Of a stretch of 20,000 nt of DNA, positions 1 to 9,490 are shown piece by piece (the first letter of the stretch is position 1; each line of letters opens with the position of its first letter). A program made the translations under genes and the position numbers. The stretch is from an uncultured virus (IMG/VR IMGVR_UViG_3300013741_000003). Lineage: Duplodnaviria > Heunggongvirae > Uroviricota > Caudoviricetes. Location of the stretch: IMG/VR virus record IMGVR_UViG_3300013741_000003. One strand, given 5' to 3'. A model generated the notes under the pieces. That model saw only the letters and a list, made by a program, of their open reading frames with translations. It was not told the origin of the DNA and made no database searches.

Positions 1-994
1 CTATTAAACCTAAATCTTTCATTTTCTCTTCAACTATATATGATGGCCTTACTCCATATGTTTCAAAATTATTTTTATTTACAATATCATCAAAAATAAG
101 TACAGAAAATCCATTTAATACTTTAAATATTCTTCTAATTTTTTCATAATTTCCATTTTTATAATATTCCTTTATTTTGTTTAAAGACTCTGTTTTTTCT
201 TTATAAAAATCATAGTCAAGCTTATCTAGAGCTTTCATATATTCACCTTCATTTTTATAAGATTCTTTTCCACCCATTACTTTAGCAAGAGCCTTCATAT
301 ATTCCTTTCGTTTATCTTTTCCTATATACAATGCATCTTCTGATAATCCCTCTTCTTTTATTAATTTTCTTATATTCTCATAGATTGTATTATCAATTAA
401 AACAGCATCTCCCATAGACGGGTGATCACCATTAAATCTAAATAAAGCTGACCTATAAGTGGATTTTATTTTTTCATTTTCAGAGGAATAAAACGAAGTA
501 GGTTTAAAAAAATTAGAATATTTTTTATTGCCAAAAGCTGTAATGTCAATATTTTCATTTTTAAATTTATTTGATTCATTAATCATTGATAAAAACGTTT
601 TATCAATATTTTCATTTTTTAGAACCATTCTATCTATCATAAAATTATATAATTCATATTTCCCATATTTTACTTGCATCAGTGGAGTATTATTGTTTTC
701 AAATATGTATCCAAATAGCTTCAAATCTCTTTGAAACTGCTGTTCTGTGTAAGGAGTATTATTTATTCTTGTTTTAAAATTATCATAGTTGTTCATTCCT
801 GCGAAGTTATCTATACTAGCATCTATTCTGTTAGAAATATTTATACTATTGGTTAATGTAACAGAAACTTCCCAACTAAATATAGCGCTAAATAAAATAG
901 CCCCACCAATTATACTTTTTTTGATAAAACTGCTTTTTTTAAATTTGGTTTTATGCTTTTCGTTGAGCACTGTTTTATTTTTAGTTAGTATCAT
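1..994 (-). CDS. Hypothetical protein with N-terminal membrane anchor/signal (at least 331 aa, 3' end outside window)
   Basis: Hand translation from ATG at 994 (GAGG upstream): MILTKNKTVLNEKHKTKFKKSSFIKKSIIGGAILFSAIFSWEVSVTL... stays open to base 1. Basic N-terminus then a hydrophobic stretch. Absent from the ORF track because its stop is outside the window. Confidence 0.85.
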   Translation of the reverse strand, partial: MILTKNKTVLNEKHKTKFKKSSFIKKSIIGGAILFSAIFSWEVSVTLTNSINISNRIDASIDNFAGMNNYDNFKTRINNTPYTEQQFQRDLKLFGYIFENNNTPLMQVKYGKYELYNFMIDRMVLKNENIDKTFLSMINESNKFKNENIDITAFGNKKYSNFFKPTSFYSSENEKIKSTYRSALFRFNGDHPSMGDAVLIDNTIYENIRKLIKEEGLSEDALYIGKDKRKEYMKALAKVMGGKESYKNEGEYMKALDKLDYDFYKEKTESLNKIKEYYKNGNYEKIRRIFKVLNGFSVLIFDDIVNKNNFETYGVRPSYIVEEKMKDLGLI

Positions 995-1069
995 ACTCTA
1001 CCCTCATCTTATTAAGATATGATACCTTATCTTATCTTTTAACTACAAATTTTTGATTACTTTAAATAC

Positions 1070-1094
1070 AAAAAAAGACTGCAGGGCAGTCTTT
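1070..1094 (-). terminator. Intrinsic terminator
   Basis: Minus strand AAAGACTGC-CCT-GCAGTCTTT followed by a T run, just after the stop of 1101..1391. Confidence 0.8.
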
Positions 1095-1100
1095 AAATAT

Positions 1101-1391
1101 TTAGCAATATTGAGATATTTTATAGCCCGATTCGGTTAATCCATACGAATACGGATTGGAGCTTTTATCAACTTTTAATAACTCTTTACTTTGTAAAAGA
1201 TTGAGAGCAATATTAAGCTCATCACAAGTTAAGTTACACGAATGAGAAAACTTCTTTTTGTTTCCAACATTAAAGCAAACACCTACAGGTAATGGACGAG
1301 AAGATCCTTTTTCAAAATCGTATTTTTTATTGTCTAAAAATCTTACTACCGATTTTTCACCAAAACTTAACTCAATTTTTGCTTTTTTCAT
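1101..1391 (-). CDS. Putative winged-helix DNA-binding protein
   Basis: C-terminal ELNIALNLLQSKELL...YSYGLTESG fits the wHTH recognition helix plus wing (Y-x-LT-x-x-G). Own promoter and RBS. Confidence 0.55.
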   Translation of the reverse strand: MKKAKIELSFGEKSVVRFLDNKKYDFEKGSSRPLPVGVCFNVGNKKKFSHSCNLTCDELNIALNLLQSKELLKVDKSSNPYSYGLTESGYKISQYC

Positions 1392-1421
1392 CTTCTTTAT
1401 CCATCATATTTTGTTGAAGTC

Positions 1422-1450
1422 ATTATATAATAGATAGTAGTCAAGCACAA
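1422..1450 (-). promoter_or_regulatory. sigma70-type promoter
   Basis: TTGTGC-17 bp-TATAAT upstream of 1101..1391. Confidence 0.7.
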
Positions 1451-1458
1451 GAAAATGT

Positions 1459-1650
1459 TTATTTTTTGATAAATACTGATTGTTCTGGAACAACTTTATT
1501 ATCAATGGACTCAATTTCTCCAGAGGTTAAAAGACCATTTACAAAGCGCCAAGCATCACGATATTTTTTACATGTATGTTTACTTTCTCCATCTCTTTTT
1601 ACATGATACTCTTGAGTCGTTTCGTTATATTCAAGTAGAGCTTGTTTCAT
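1459..1650 (-). CDS. Hypothetical protein (63 aa)
   Basis: ATGA overlap with the upstream ORF stop; AGGAAG RBS-like sequence. Confidence 0.75.
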   Translation of the reverse strand: MKQALLEYNETTQEYHVKRDGESKHTCKKYRDAWRFVNGLLTSGEIESIDNKVVPEQSVFIKK

Positions 1651-1859
1651 ACTGCTTCCTTTTTATTTACTTTTATTTTGTTTAAAACAATAGATACGAA
1701 AGCCATTATTGCTAATCCAGCTACTAATGATAGAGGATAATTATAAGAGTTTTTATCAACTTGTTGACTTACAAACAACGCTATTAATAAGATAGGAGCA
1801 TAGATGAAAAACTTCTGCATCTCTCCAAGTTTTTTACTTAATGAAATTTTATTATCCAT
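1647..1859 (-). CDS. Small membrane protein (2 predicted TM helices)
   Basis: GAGGA RBS; hydrophobic segments FFIYAPILLIALFV and LSLVAGLAIMAFVSIVL. Confidence 0.75.
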   Translation of the reverse strand: MDNKISLSKKLGEMQKFFIYAPILLIALFVSQQVDKNSYNYPLSLVAGLAIMAFVSIVLNKIKVNKKEAV

Positions 1860-1874
1860 ATTTTATCCTCTAAT

Positions 1875-1895
1875 AAAAAGCTACCGGAGTAGCTT
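1875..1895 (-). terminator. Intrinsic terminator/hairpin
   Basis: Minus strand AAGCTAC-TCCG-GTAGCTT-TTT. Confidence 0.65.
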
Positions 1896-2034
1896 ATTTA
1901 AATGTTAACAGTAAACTCATAGCAACGACCATTGCAGAACAAAAGCCAAATAGTACACCTAAAGCAAAATATACCTCTGATTTTGTTGCTGTTCGATTAG
2001 CTTCTTTCAGGAATTTTTGAAATGTAGCATTCAT
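1894..2034 (-). CDS. Small single-TM membrane peptide (46 aa), not in ORF track
   Basis: MNATFQKFLKEANRTATKSEVYFALGVLFGFCSAMVVAMSLLLTFK*; GGAG RBS; starts 2 nt after the upstream stop; terminator directly follows. Confidence 0.75.
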   Translation of the reverse strand: MNATFQKFLKEANRTATKSEVYFALGVLFGFCSAMVVAMSLLLTFK

Positions 2035-2036
2035 AC

Positions 2037-2807
2037 TTATTCTCCATCCTCTGTATCATGATAACCCTTAATATGTGCTACATCATAAAGATCATCTTCT
2101 TTCTTGAAAAGATAAACATATTCATCTACTGGACGTTGAAGGTTTAATTCCGAAATAATATGCTCCAACATTTCTTTCCATTTATTTAAATCATGGGTGT
2201 AATAAACATAAGTGTCCATCCATTTTCCACCACGATTGAAATGTCCGATTACTTCACCTTTATAAGAAATTCTGGAAGTAATATCCCCATATTTGAAATC
2301 ACTATCAGTTTTTTCATAAATTCGTTCTATTTTTACATTATCAAGATGCTTATCATAAAGTTCACTTAACTCATACTTATCTATCCCTGTATATTGGCAA
2401 ATAGCATCTTTCAATTCTTCTAAAGATTCTACTTCTAATACTTCAGCATCTAATAGTTCTTGATAAGAACCAATCTTAAAATTCCAATCAGGGATTTCTG
2501 ATACAGGGATTTTATAAATATTATCTTTGAAGATAGCTTTTATTTCATCATTTAAGCTTTTATATCGAAATGTATCATCAAAGGCAGCACGAAACTCATC
2601 AAGTGATTTTATTTCTGTAGTGTCTACATCTTTATTAGAAAAAAGATATAACAAACAAGAATAAGGTTTATCTTGAGAATTATTACTTATGATACCGGCA
2701 TAGAAAAATGAATTATTGTTTTTCCATCTATTGAAAGATTTTCGACGCTGATCATTAGATGTATTAATATCATTCCATAGATAATCAATCACTTTCTGCT
2801 TATTCAT
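2037..2807 (-). CDS. Hypothetical acidic protein (256 aa)
   Basis: Long ORF, GGAG RBS, extended -10 TGGTATAAT at 2836-2844. Confidence 0.8.
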   Translation of the reverse strand: MNKQKVIDYLWNDINTSNDQRRKSFNRWKNNNSFFYAGIISNNSQDKPYSCLLYLFSNKDVDTTEIKSLDEFRAAFDDTFRYKSLNDEIKAIFKDNIYKIPVSEIPDWNFKIGSYQELLDAEVLEVESLEELKDAICQYTGIDKYELSELYDKHLDNVKIERIYEKTDSDFKYGDITSRISYKGEVIGHFNRGGKWMDTYVYYTHDLNKWKEMLEHIISELNLQRPVDEYVYLFKKEDDLYDVAHIKGYHDTEDGE

Positions 2808-2855
2808 TTTATTCTCCAGTTTTAAATTAAGAATGATTATACCAGTTGTTAAAGT

Positions 2856-2884
2856 AAAAAACCAGCATTCTGATACTGGTTTTT
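2856..2884. terminator. Intrinsic terminator (T/A tracts both sides)
   Basis: AAAAAACCAG...CTGGTTTTT hairpin after 2903..3253. Confidence 0.7.
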
Positions 2885-2902
2885 CCTTTATTTTCCTAAT
2901 AG

Positions 2903-3253
2903 TTAAGCTACTTTCTCAACTTCTTTATACTTAATTTTTGGAACATTTTCTGGTTTAGCAATCGCATATCTTAAAAAATCTTTCCAGCTATCTTTTGAGT
3001 GAAGAATAATGGAACCATTTAAACCTGATTTGATATCAGGACGAGTTTTCATGCTATCTACTACATCACATGGTACAGCAATCGTTTCTCGACCATTGTT
3101 ATAATATTCCAAGCTTTCTAACACTTTTTGTTCACTATATCGACCTGCTTCTTCTACAATAAAAGTATAACCTTTATTGTTATCAGCCCATAAAAGGATG
3201 TGGCTATCTACCTTATAAGTATGCGAAACACTTAAAATATAATATTCTTTCAT
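2903..3253 (-). CDS. Hypothetical protein of phage/plasmid type (116 aa)
   Basis: ORF with W-x4-GY...AGRY...YYN-G...AVPC pattern; function unknown. Confidence 0.75.
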   Translation of the reverse strand: MKEYYILSVSHTYKVDSHILLWADNNKGYTFIVEEAGRYSEQKVLESLEYYNNGRETIAVPCDVVDSMKTRPDIKSGLNGSIILHSKDSWKDFLRYAIAKPENVPKIKYKEVEKVA

Positions 3254-3264
3254 ATTGTTTTCTC

Positions 3265-3978
3265 TTATTTTTTAGCGTGCTTTTCGATATATTCACGCAA
3301 TGTAATTTTATTTACCAGATTTTTAGCATTAGATGGTTCTTCTTTATTCTTAAAGAAATCTTCAATAATACCAGATTTAACTTCGTCTTTAAGTTCTACA
3401 CTCTTTTCTAGAGACTCAAGCGTTAGTAGAAGATTTTTATAATCCTGTAGAGCGTTATTCCATTCCTTAAAATAGCTATTTAACACACTAACAATACGAT
3501 CTGTTCTTTGTTTTTCTGTTTCAAGAACTTCTTCTTCTGGTAGCTTCTGTTTAATCACAAATGAAGAACTTGTATTTTGACATTCCACAGTGAATGGTGA
3601 ATTTGGATCAAAGTTTGCCCCATCCTTTGTATTTTTAACCAGCTCAACAATTACTTCACTAATGCTTTTTTGAAGTGGAGTGCTTAACTCTTTTACACCA
3701 TTAAAGTTCTTAGAATGTACTTCATGCGAGGTGAATGAATGGAAATCTAATGATGAATATACTTTTTTATCAAAGATATTTGATAAAATATATTCTTTTA
3801 CATCATCAAATCTAATGAAAAAACTTAATTTGTTTGTCTTTTTAAATACTTTTCTTGTGAACGCAGCAGTCCCGGCAAGAGATACTAACATAGAAGCTTT
3901 TTCAATAGATTCTGCATCATATTTAGGCATAGGGCCAATATGATTGATTAAGCACAACTCCATTTCATGTAAACGCAT
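3265..3978 (-). CDS. Hypothetical protein (237 aa)
   Basis: GAGGT RBS; promoter TTGTTA-17-TACAAT at 4017-4045. Confidence 0.8.
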   Translation of the reverse strand: MRLHEMELCLINHIGPMPKYDAESIEKASMLVSLAGTAAFTRKVFKKTNKLSFFIRFDDVKEYILSNIFDKKVYSSLDFHSFTSHEVHSKNFNGVKELSTPLQKSISEVIVELVKNTKDGANFDPNSPFTVECQNTSSSFVIKQKLPEEEVLETEKQRTDRIVSVLNSYFKEWNNALQDYKNLLLTLESLEKSVELKDEVKSGIIEDFFKNKEEPSNAKNLVNKITLREYIEKHAKK

Positions 3979-4050
3979 AACTACCTCGTTTTAGATTAAC
4001 ATTCATTATTTTGTTGATTGTAACAGAAAAAAACGTTCGTAACAAGAAAT

Positions 4051-4641
4051 TTATACTTTTAGTTTTACAATCAAGTTTTCTTTGTCATGAATACCTAAAC
4101 AAAAATCGACTTTTTTAAATCCTTGACGTATATATTTTTTAATAATTTTATAACTTGTTTCAAAATTTAAACGAACATTCCAAATCTCGGTGGAAATATC
4201 TTCTTTTTTATTGTTATTTTCGATCTTGTCATCAATAACATCGATGATATGCTCACAAGAAGTCTTTAAATCTAAAGCCATAATCTCATTATTTATTTTT
4301 ACTATTTCTTCTAATGAAGAAAAATGGCTAAAATATTCCAAATCCTCATTTATTTTTTGGATCTTAGGATCAACTAATAAGGTAATATCCTGCCCCTTAA
4401 ATTTAATATCAACGAAACCTACATTTTGATAAATCTTACGAATAACATCTTCACAATATTTATCAGCGATTAAAATGTAGTTTAATATGTACTCAATTTC
4501 GAATTGGCCTTTTTCATTCAAAGCATAATATGACTCTTTTTTCTTTAGATTAGATAATGTTTTTTCTAGACAAGCATCTATGTACTCAATATGTTCTTTG
4601 ATACACTCAATCTGCATTTCTGTCGCACCAGATATGTTCAT
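4051..4641 (-). CDS. Hypothetical protein, apparently two related domains (196 aa)
   Basis: AAGGT RBS; promoter TTGCAC-17-TAAAAT at 4676-4704; repeated pattern I-x-x-ID...I-x-x-x-Y-x-x-x-GF. Confidence 0.8.
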   Translation of the reverse strand: MNISGATEMQIECIKEHIEYIDACLEKTLSNLKKKESYYALNEKGQFEIEYILNYILIADKYCEDVIRKIYQNVGFVDIKFKGQDITLLVDPKIQKINEDLEYFSHFSSLEEIVKINNEIMALDLKTSCEHIIDVIDDKIENNNKKEDISTEIWNVRLNFETSYKIIKKYIRQGFKKVDFCLGIHDKENLIVKLKV

Positions 4642-4706
4642 TTACAACACCTTTCTGTTTTGGGTTATTTAATGTATTTTATCAGTTGTCATTATCTAGT
4701 GCAATG

Positions 4707-4727
4707 AAAAAGGCTTCGAAGAGCCTT
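4707..4727 (-). terminator. Intrinsic terminator
   Basis: Minus strand AAGGCT-CTTCGA-AGCCTT-TT at the stop of 4726..5892. Confidence 0.7.
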
Positions 4728-5892
4728 ACATTTTCAACTTTAAACTTTCATATTTTTTAATAGATTCCTGAATTTCTTCTTTCGAAACTGGAATAAGATT
4801 GTAGCTATCACCTTTATCATGATTGATAAAAATATATTCCCTGATATCTATTATTACCTTATCTTTTATAAATAGCTCATAATCATTGTAAAATAAGTTT
4901 TGATTAGGTCTAAAGTTTTGCCTTTGACTTCTATTTCTTTCAATACCTCCTACGACACCATTTCTCACCCTAAAATAGTCATAAAGCTCTCCTTTTTTAG
5001 GATATTCATCAATTACTTCTTTTTTCTTGATTATAAGCTTTTCTTTTAATCTACTTCTAATAAATAGCTTAACCAAATTAATAAAGGTTTCTTTATCCAC
5101 TTCTTTACTTTGTTTCCATACAGCAAGTTCTGTTGCCAATAAACCCATTTTTTTATGATCATTAATAATAACACTATCTGCAGATAACACTTCTTCGATA
5201 TAGGGTTTTATAAATTCAAACCCTTTACGATTACTATACATCACTAAAGTTCGGAAAAAAACATCCCCAACATTTGCTTTATTTTTTACCAAGAAAACAA
5301 TAGCATCTAAATAAGATACACATGAAACGATATGTTTTTGAATTTGTTCTTTACTTTCTTCCCTATTATAATATTTATCAAGAACTGCCATTTCATTTTT
5401 CAAATAATTAGATAAATTTGAAACGTATTCAGATACAGTTTTGATGGAGTAATCAACCCCGAAATTATATGCCTTATCACAACTTAATGTTTTACTTATG
5501 ATAAAAATAAGCTCTTTGATTGTTTTTTCCTTAATCCCCTTTGATTTAATCTCATTAAAGGTTTTAATAACTGACCATTCTCTTACATTTGGAAAATAAT
5601 CTCTTCCATCTTTTTTAGGGAAAAGACTTGTTTCACACTTTGATAGCACATATTCAAGAATTTTTTCTTTTTCTACCCATTCTGAATTATAAACTAATTC
5701 TATTACATTAGGATTATCTTTATAAATAGCAAAATGAACGGCTTCATTAGCCAGTCTTTGATGTGGCCTACCATTTTCTAACCAATGAGAAATTTTTTCT
5801 AAATCATTTTCTGAAACCCATTGTTCCACCACTTTACGATTAAAATGAGGAACATTTGTTTCATATTGTGGATCATACTGTTTTATGCTCAT
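4726..5892 (-). CDS. Hypothetical helical protein, possible degenerate ankyrin-like repeats (388 aa)
   Basis: GAGGT RBS; TGGTATAAT at 5925-5933; AVHFAIYKDNPNVIELV and YLDAIVFLVKNKANV resemble ankyrin half-repeats. Confidence 0.7.
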   Translation of the reverse strand: MSIKQYDPQYETNVPHFNRKVVEQWVSENDLEKISHWLENGRPHQRLANEAVHFAIYKDNPNVIELVYNSEWVEKEKILEYVLSKCETSLFPKKDGRDYFPNVREWSVIKTFNEIKSKGIKEKTIKELIFIISKTLSCDKAYNFGVDYSIKTVSEYVSNLSNYLKNEMAVLDKYYNREESKEQIQKHIVSCVSYLDAIVFLVKNKANVGDVFFRTLVMYSNRKGFEFIKPYIEEVLSADSVIINDHKKMGLLATELAVWKQSKEVDKETFINLVKLFIRSRLKEKLIIKKKEVIDEYPKKGELYDYFRVRNGVVGGIERNRSQRQNFRPNQNLFYNDYELFIKDKVIIDIREYIFINHDKGDSYNLIPVSKEEIQESIKKYESLKLKM

Positions 5893-5950
5893 ACAACCTC
5901 ATGATTGGTTTATTTTATGACGCCATTATACCACATTCATCTTATAATAA

Positions 5951-6532
5951 TCAATCAATGGTAGTTTTTTGAGCACTATTCATTATCTTATAAGCTAATA
6001 CATACATGTATTTTTTTACTCCGGTATATCCATATGAATATTTACTTAGTATGTCTAACATATCTTTTTTATCTTGAAGTCTATCATCAGGTATTGCTTC
6101 CAACAATTTATTAAAAAACTGTTTATCCATCACAGATCTATCGAATGCTACATTTATACTTAATAACATCAGTCTTTTAAGCCTAAAACTCATAAAAAAA
6201 TGAAGGATAGCTCCGTTTAGAACGGTAGCAAGACCATAATATTGTTTTAAATCTGGAAAGTTAGAAACAGTATATAATGGCATTATTAACAAATGAGCTA
6301 TAAAACACCATAATGCAAAATTAAGCACACTATTAAACAGTCTTTTATCTAAATAAATAAAAGGCTTCTGTCTTATTTCCATGAATAATTTATTATTTGA
6401 TAACCAACGATATTTTTCTTCTTTTAGCATTTTTTCTATTTTTAGGAATAATAAAAAATATTTTTGAGATTCACTGTTAGTTTTTGAATTCTTTAAAAGC
6501 ACTTCTTTGAAGTTATTACTATTATCTGACAT
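5951..6532 (-). CDS. Membrane protein (2 predicted TM helices, 193 aa)
   Basis: GAGGT RBS; hydrophobic VLNFALWCFIAHLLIMPLY and YYGLATVLNGAILHFFM. Confidence 0.75.
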   Translation of the reverse strand: MSDNSNNFKEVLLKNSKTNSESQKYFLLFLKIEKMLKEEKYRWLSNNKLFMEIRQKPFIYLDKRLFNSVLNFALWCFIAHLLIMPLYTVSNFPDLKQYYGLATVLNGAILHFFMSFRLKRLMLLSINVAFDRSVMDKQFFNKLLEAIPDDRLQDKKDMLDILSKYSYGYTGVKKYMYVLAYKIMNSAQKTTID

Positions 6533-6575
6533 ATCTACCTCATTTACTCAACATCATACATTTAACATTACTCTT

Positions 6576-6585
6576 NNNNNNNNNN
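6576..6585. other. Assembly gap (10 N)
   Basis: Run of n in the sequence; continuity across it is not proven. Confidence 1.
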
Positions 6586-6677
6586 TCTTTTTTTGTAGTC
6601 TAGTAAAACTTATTTTAAATTTGCATAAAATATAGTTAAAAACATATAATTCATTAAATAATAAATGAGGATTAACA

Positions 6678-7259
6678 ATGAAAAACATTATATTTTTTAC
6701 CATTAAAGATTCATACGTAAAACATCTTAAAAGTATTTTTGTTAGTGACTTTTGGAAGCTTTTTTCAGATAAAAATCATTATATGAAAGATACAATAAAG
6801 GTTTCAGAGAAATTAGATTCAAAACAAACATATGATTTTGTTGTTAATAACTCTGGTTATACTTATTTTAAACCACATGAAAACGGCAAGTTCTTTGATT
6901 TATTCAAAGAAGGAGAAGTATCGGCAGAACAGGCTATATCAGATATGATTAGAGCGCCCTATTCTTCTTTTGAGAAGATTAAAAATGAAGATGGTGTTCA
7001 TCTATTTGCTATGTATGAAGATGATATAGAGGCTTTTAGAGACGATGATTTATTATTTAAAAAACTTTCTAAATTAATATCATCTAATAAAAAAGATAAT
7101 AAAATAATTGATGGTGATATTATTAGTGCAAGACTTTTTAAAGAAAATGAATTACCTTTCACTTATTTAGCTTATATTCCTAAAGATAAAGCATTATGGA
7201 TTGATGTGTCTAATAATCTTATAACCTTCTTTGGACAGAAAAATATTGACTATAAATAA
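6678..7259 (+). CDS. Hypothetical protein (193 aa)
   Basis: GAGGA RBS; promoter TTGCAT-18-TATAAT at 6621-6650. Confidence 0.8.
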   Translation: MKNIIFFTIKDSYVKHLKSIFVSDFWKLFSDKNHYMKDTIKVSEKLDSKQTYDFVVNNSGYTYFKPHENGKFFDLFKEGEVSAEQAISDMIRAPYSSFEKIKNEDGVHLFAMYEDDIEAFRDDDLLFKKLSKLISSNKKDNKIIDGDIISARLFKENELPFTYLAYIPKDKALWIDVSNNLITFFGQKNIDYK

Positions 7260-7271
7260 GAGGAATAATTA

Positions 7272-8192
7272 ATGTCATTAAAAGATTTTATTCTAGATAA
7301 GGCGGATTCTTTTGGTTCGGTTTTATCTGACCCACAAAATAAAATAGCAGATAATAATATTATAAAGAATCTTCATGCCTTTTTATACTCATATGGTTCT
7401 ACAATTAATAATGATAATATAAAGTTGTATTATAAACATTTTCCTAAACATATTTCTTTATTATTAGACCGTTATGTAGAATCTAATGTGGTGGCAAATA
7501 ATATAGAAAAAATAAAATCAGACAATAAATATCATTTTTTCAAAGATATTTATAGGTCTTATTATTTATATATGGAACGTAATATATATGATACAGAGCA
7601 AGAGATAAGCATATTAAATACTATAAATAATAATGTACTTTCTTTAAACATATTTAATATATCTATACATTCTCATGAAGAAATTACGAATATTTTAACA
7701 CGCTTATTATATATTTCTTATGGGATTAATAAGTTCGACATCTCTTATCATCTTAATCTTATAGATAAGTATCTTAGGTATGATAACTCTTTAACAGAGG
7801 AAGAACTTAACTATTTAAAATCTTTCCTTTCTGATACACAGGATATATTAATTAAAGAAAAAATAAGAATCGCTAATAAAATAGATTATGATGCTTTAGT
7901 CAAAACAGGAAATTTTCAATTCCTATTAGATGAAGCAATACCTGATTTCTTCTATAAAATAGAAAAAGAAGAAGTTCTTAATCAAAAAGATTTTGAAGAT
8001 ATTCTTAAATTTTTAAATAATCATGGAAAGGATACAGAATCACTTTCTTCATCTTATATAGAATCTTGGAATAAATATTGCGAGTCGGAATATATTAAAG
8101 AAAATAAAAATAAGGTTTTATCTTGGGATGAAAAAAATGAAATACTTATTGAATTAAATCATTATATTTGTAATCACATTGAAAATAAATAA
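7272..8192 (+). CDS. Hypothetical protein (306 aa)
   Basis: GAGGA RBS, 12 nt after the previous stop; no recognisable motif. Confidence 0.8.
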   Translation: MSLKDFILDKADSFGSVLSDPQNKIADNNIIKNLHAFLYSYGSTINNDNIKLYYKHFPKHISLLLDRYVESNVVANNIEKIKSDNKYHFFKDIYRSYYLYMERNIYDTEQEISILNTINNNVLSLNIFNISIHSHEEITNILTRLLYISYGINKFDISYHLNLIDKYLRYDNSLTEEELNYLKSFLSDTQDILIKEKIRIANKIDYDALVKTGNFQFLLDEAIPDFFYKIEKEEVLNQKDFEDILKFLNNHGKDTESLSSSYIESWNKYCESEYIKENKNKVLSWDEKNEILIELNHYICNHIENK

Positions 8193-8745
8193 CATAATTT
8201 CTGTAGAAAATAGGGAAAATCCAGATAAAGATTTAATATTTTTTACTATTCTATATAAAAGTATATTAGATTCATCAATAAATAATCCGACTTATATTTT
8301 TGATACATTTTATTTTAAAGGTATACTTCGTTATATATATAGACGACTATTTCTTTATCCTAATATTTTTAGAAATAACTATTATGATTTATCACTATTT
8401 AATAAATATTGCTCTTTTTATAATTTTGAATTTAATAAAGAAAAAATAACCCAAGATAATCATAAAGAACAAGAACACTCTTCTTATTGTCATTATATTT
8501 TAAATAAAGTTGAACATATTTTACCTTTATATTTTGATGAGAAACTGATATATAATAAATATTCTCAACATTATTCGGCAGTAAAAGGTAATAATGCCAT
8601 TATGGATGATATTATAACTTTTTGTAAAAATAGGAATATTGAGTTTTTATATATGAGTGATGTATTTAAGGCTTTAGGAGAAAAGGATATTTCACAAGAT
8701 GATAAAAAGCTTTTTATTAATACATTAGAATATTTAGCTTCTTAA
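8179..8745 (+). CDS. Hypothetical protein (up to 188 aa, TTG start uncertain)
   Basis: Long ORF in very AT-rich DNA, overlaps the previous stop, ends at a terminator. Confidence 0.7.
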   Translation: MKINNIISVENRENPDKDLIFFTILYKSILDSSINNPTYIFDTFYFKGILRYIYRRLFLYPNIFRNNYYDLSLFNKYCSFYNFEFNKEKITQDNHKEQEHSSYCHYILNKVEHILPLYFDEKLIYNKYSQHYSAVKGNNAIMDDIITFCKNRNIEFLYMSDVFKALGEKDISQDDKKLFINTLEYLAS

Positions 8746-8747
8746 AA

Positions 8748-8773
8748 AATAAGGCGATACCAATCGCCTTATT
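8748..8773. terminator. Bidirectional terminator between convergent genes
   Basis: AATAAGGCGAT-ACCA-ATCGCCTTATT. Confidence 0.8.
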
Positions 8774-8779
8774 TATATT

Positions 8780-9400
8780 TTATTTATTTCTATATTCTTC
8801 CTGTAGTTTTTTTACTCGATCAATTTCTTCATTTGAGTGAACTACACCACCTGTATTGAGGTCAATATAGAACTGAATCAAATCGCCATAATCTCTAATA
8901 TCATAGATTTCAAAAAGGAAAGAATAACGGCGTATAGCAAATGGTGTTCCAGCCAAGCTATTTACATCATGAGTATTATCAAAGATTTTAAAATCACCTT
9001 TCATGAATGATAAAACAGCAGTCATACGTTGAAGACCATCAACACATACCATATCGAAGCCATTCATTCCTGTAACTTTTGCATGATAATCAATAAATTT
9101 AGCACAGTTAAATTTGATATTAATAGGTGCTACACCGCGAATCAAGTTCTCAATATAACTAATTTGTTTGTCTAATGACCATACATGACCACGCTGAAAA
9201 TCTGGATTCAGTTTTAACTCACCACCATCTTTTTTGGCTTCACTATCATATCGTTCGAGCTGGCGTTCAAGATGATGAAGTTCAATACTCACTGCGTAGT
9301 TTGAACTTTGCATAGGACGAACAAGATGATAAAGAGATTTTGTCTTATCATCCAGCTCATTCCATAAGTTTGAACTTAATCCATAATAACCTTTACTCAT
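8780..9400 (-). CDS. Stand-alone DUF262 (ParB/Srx-like, GmrSD N-terminal type) domain protein
   Basis: Diagnostic motifs PDFQRGHVWS, VDGLQRMTA and F-x-x-LN-x-GG; promoter TTGTAC-17-TAAAAT at 9433-9461. Confidence 0.9.
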   Translation of the reverse strand: MSKGYYGLSSNLWNELDDKTKSLYHLVRPMQSSNYAVSIELHHLERQLERYDSEAKKDGGELKLNPDFQRGHVWSLDKQISYIENLIRGVAPINIKFNCAKFIDYHAKVTGMNGFDMVCVDGLQRMTAVLSFMKGDFKIFDNTHDVNSLAGTPFAIRRYSFLFEIYDIRDYGDLIQFYIDLNTGGVVHSNEEIDRVKKLQEEYRNK

Positions 9401-9463
9401 TTTATCACCTTTTCATTTAATTTAATGACATTATTTTATACTACTTACTTATCATGTACAAGC

Positions 9464-9488
9464 AAAAAGGCCGCGAGAGCGGCCTTTT
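9464..9488 (-). terminator. Intrinsic terminator
   Basis: AAAAAGGCCGC-GAGA-GCGGCCTTTT, 2 nt past the stop of 9491..9643. Confidence 0.85.
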
Positions 9489-9490
9489 AT

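Noticed and set aside
228..620. Short repeats EYMKAL x2 and KNENID x2 in the leftmost ORF
   Set aside because: Only two short copies each, inside coding sequence; not an array
528..1022. Track ORFs 528..734 (+) and 789..1022 (+)
   Set aside because: Antisense shadows of the long minus-strand ORF 1..994; no RBS
3680..4429. Track ORFs 3680..3943 (+) and 4190..4429 (+)
   Set aside because: Antisense to longer genes that have RBS and promoters
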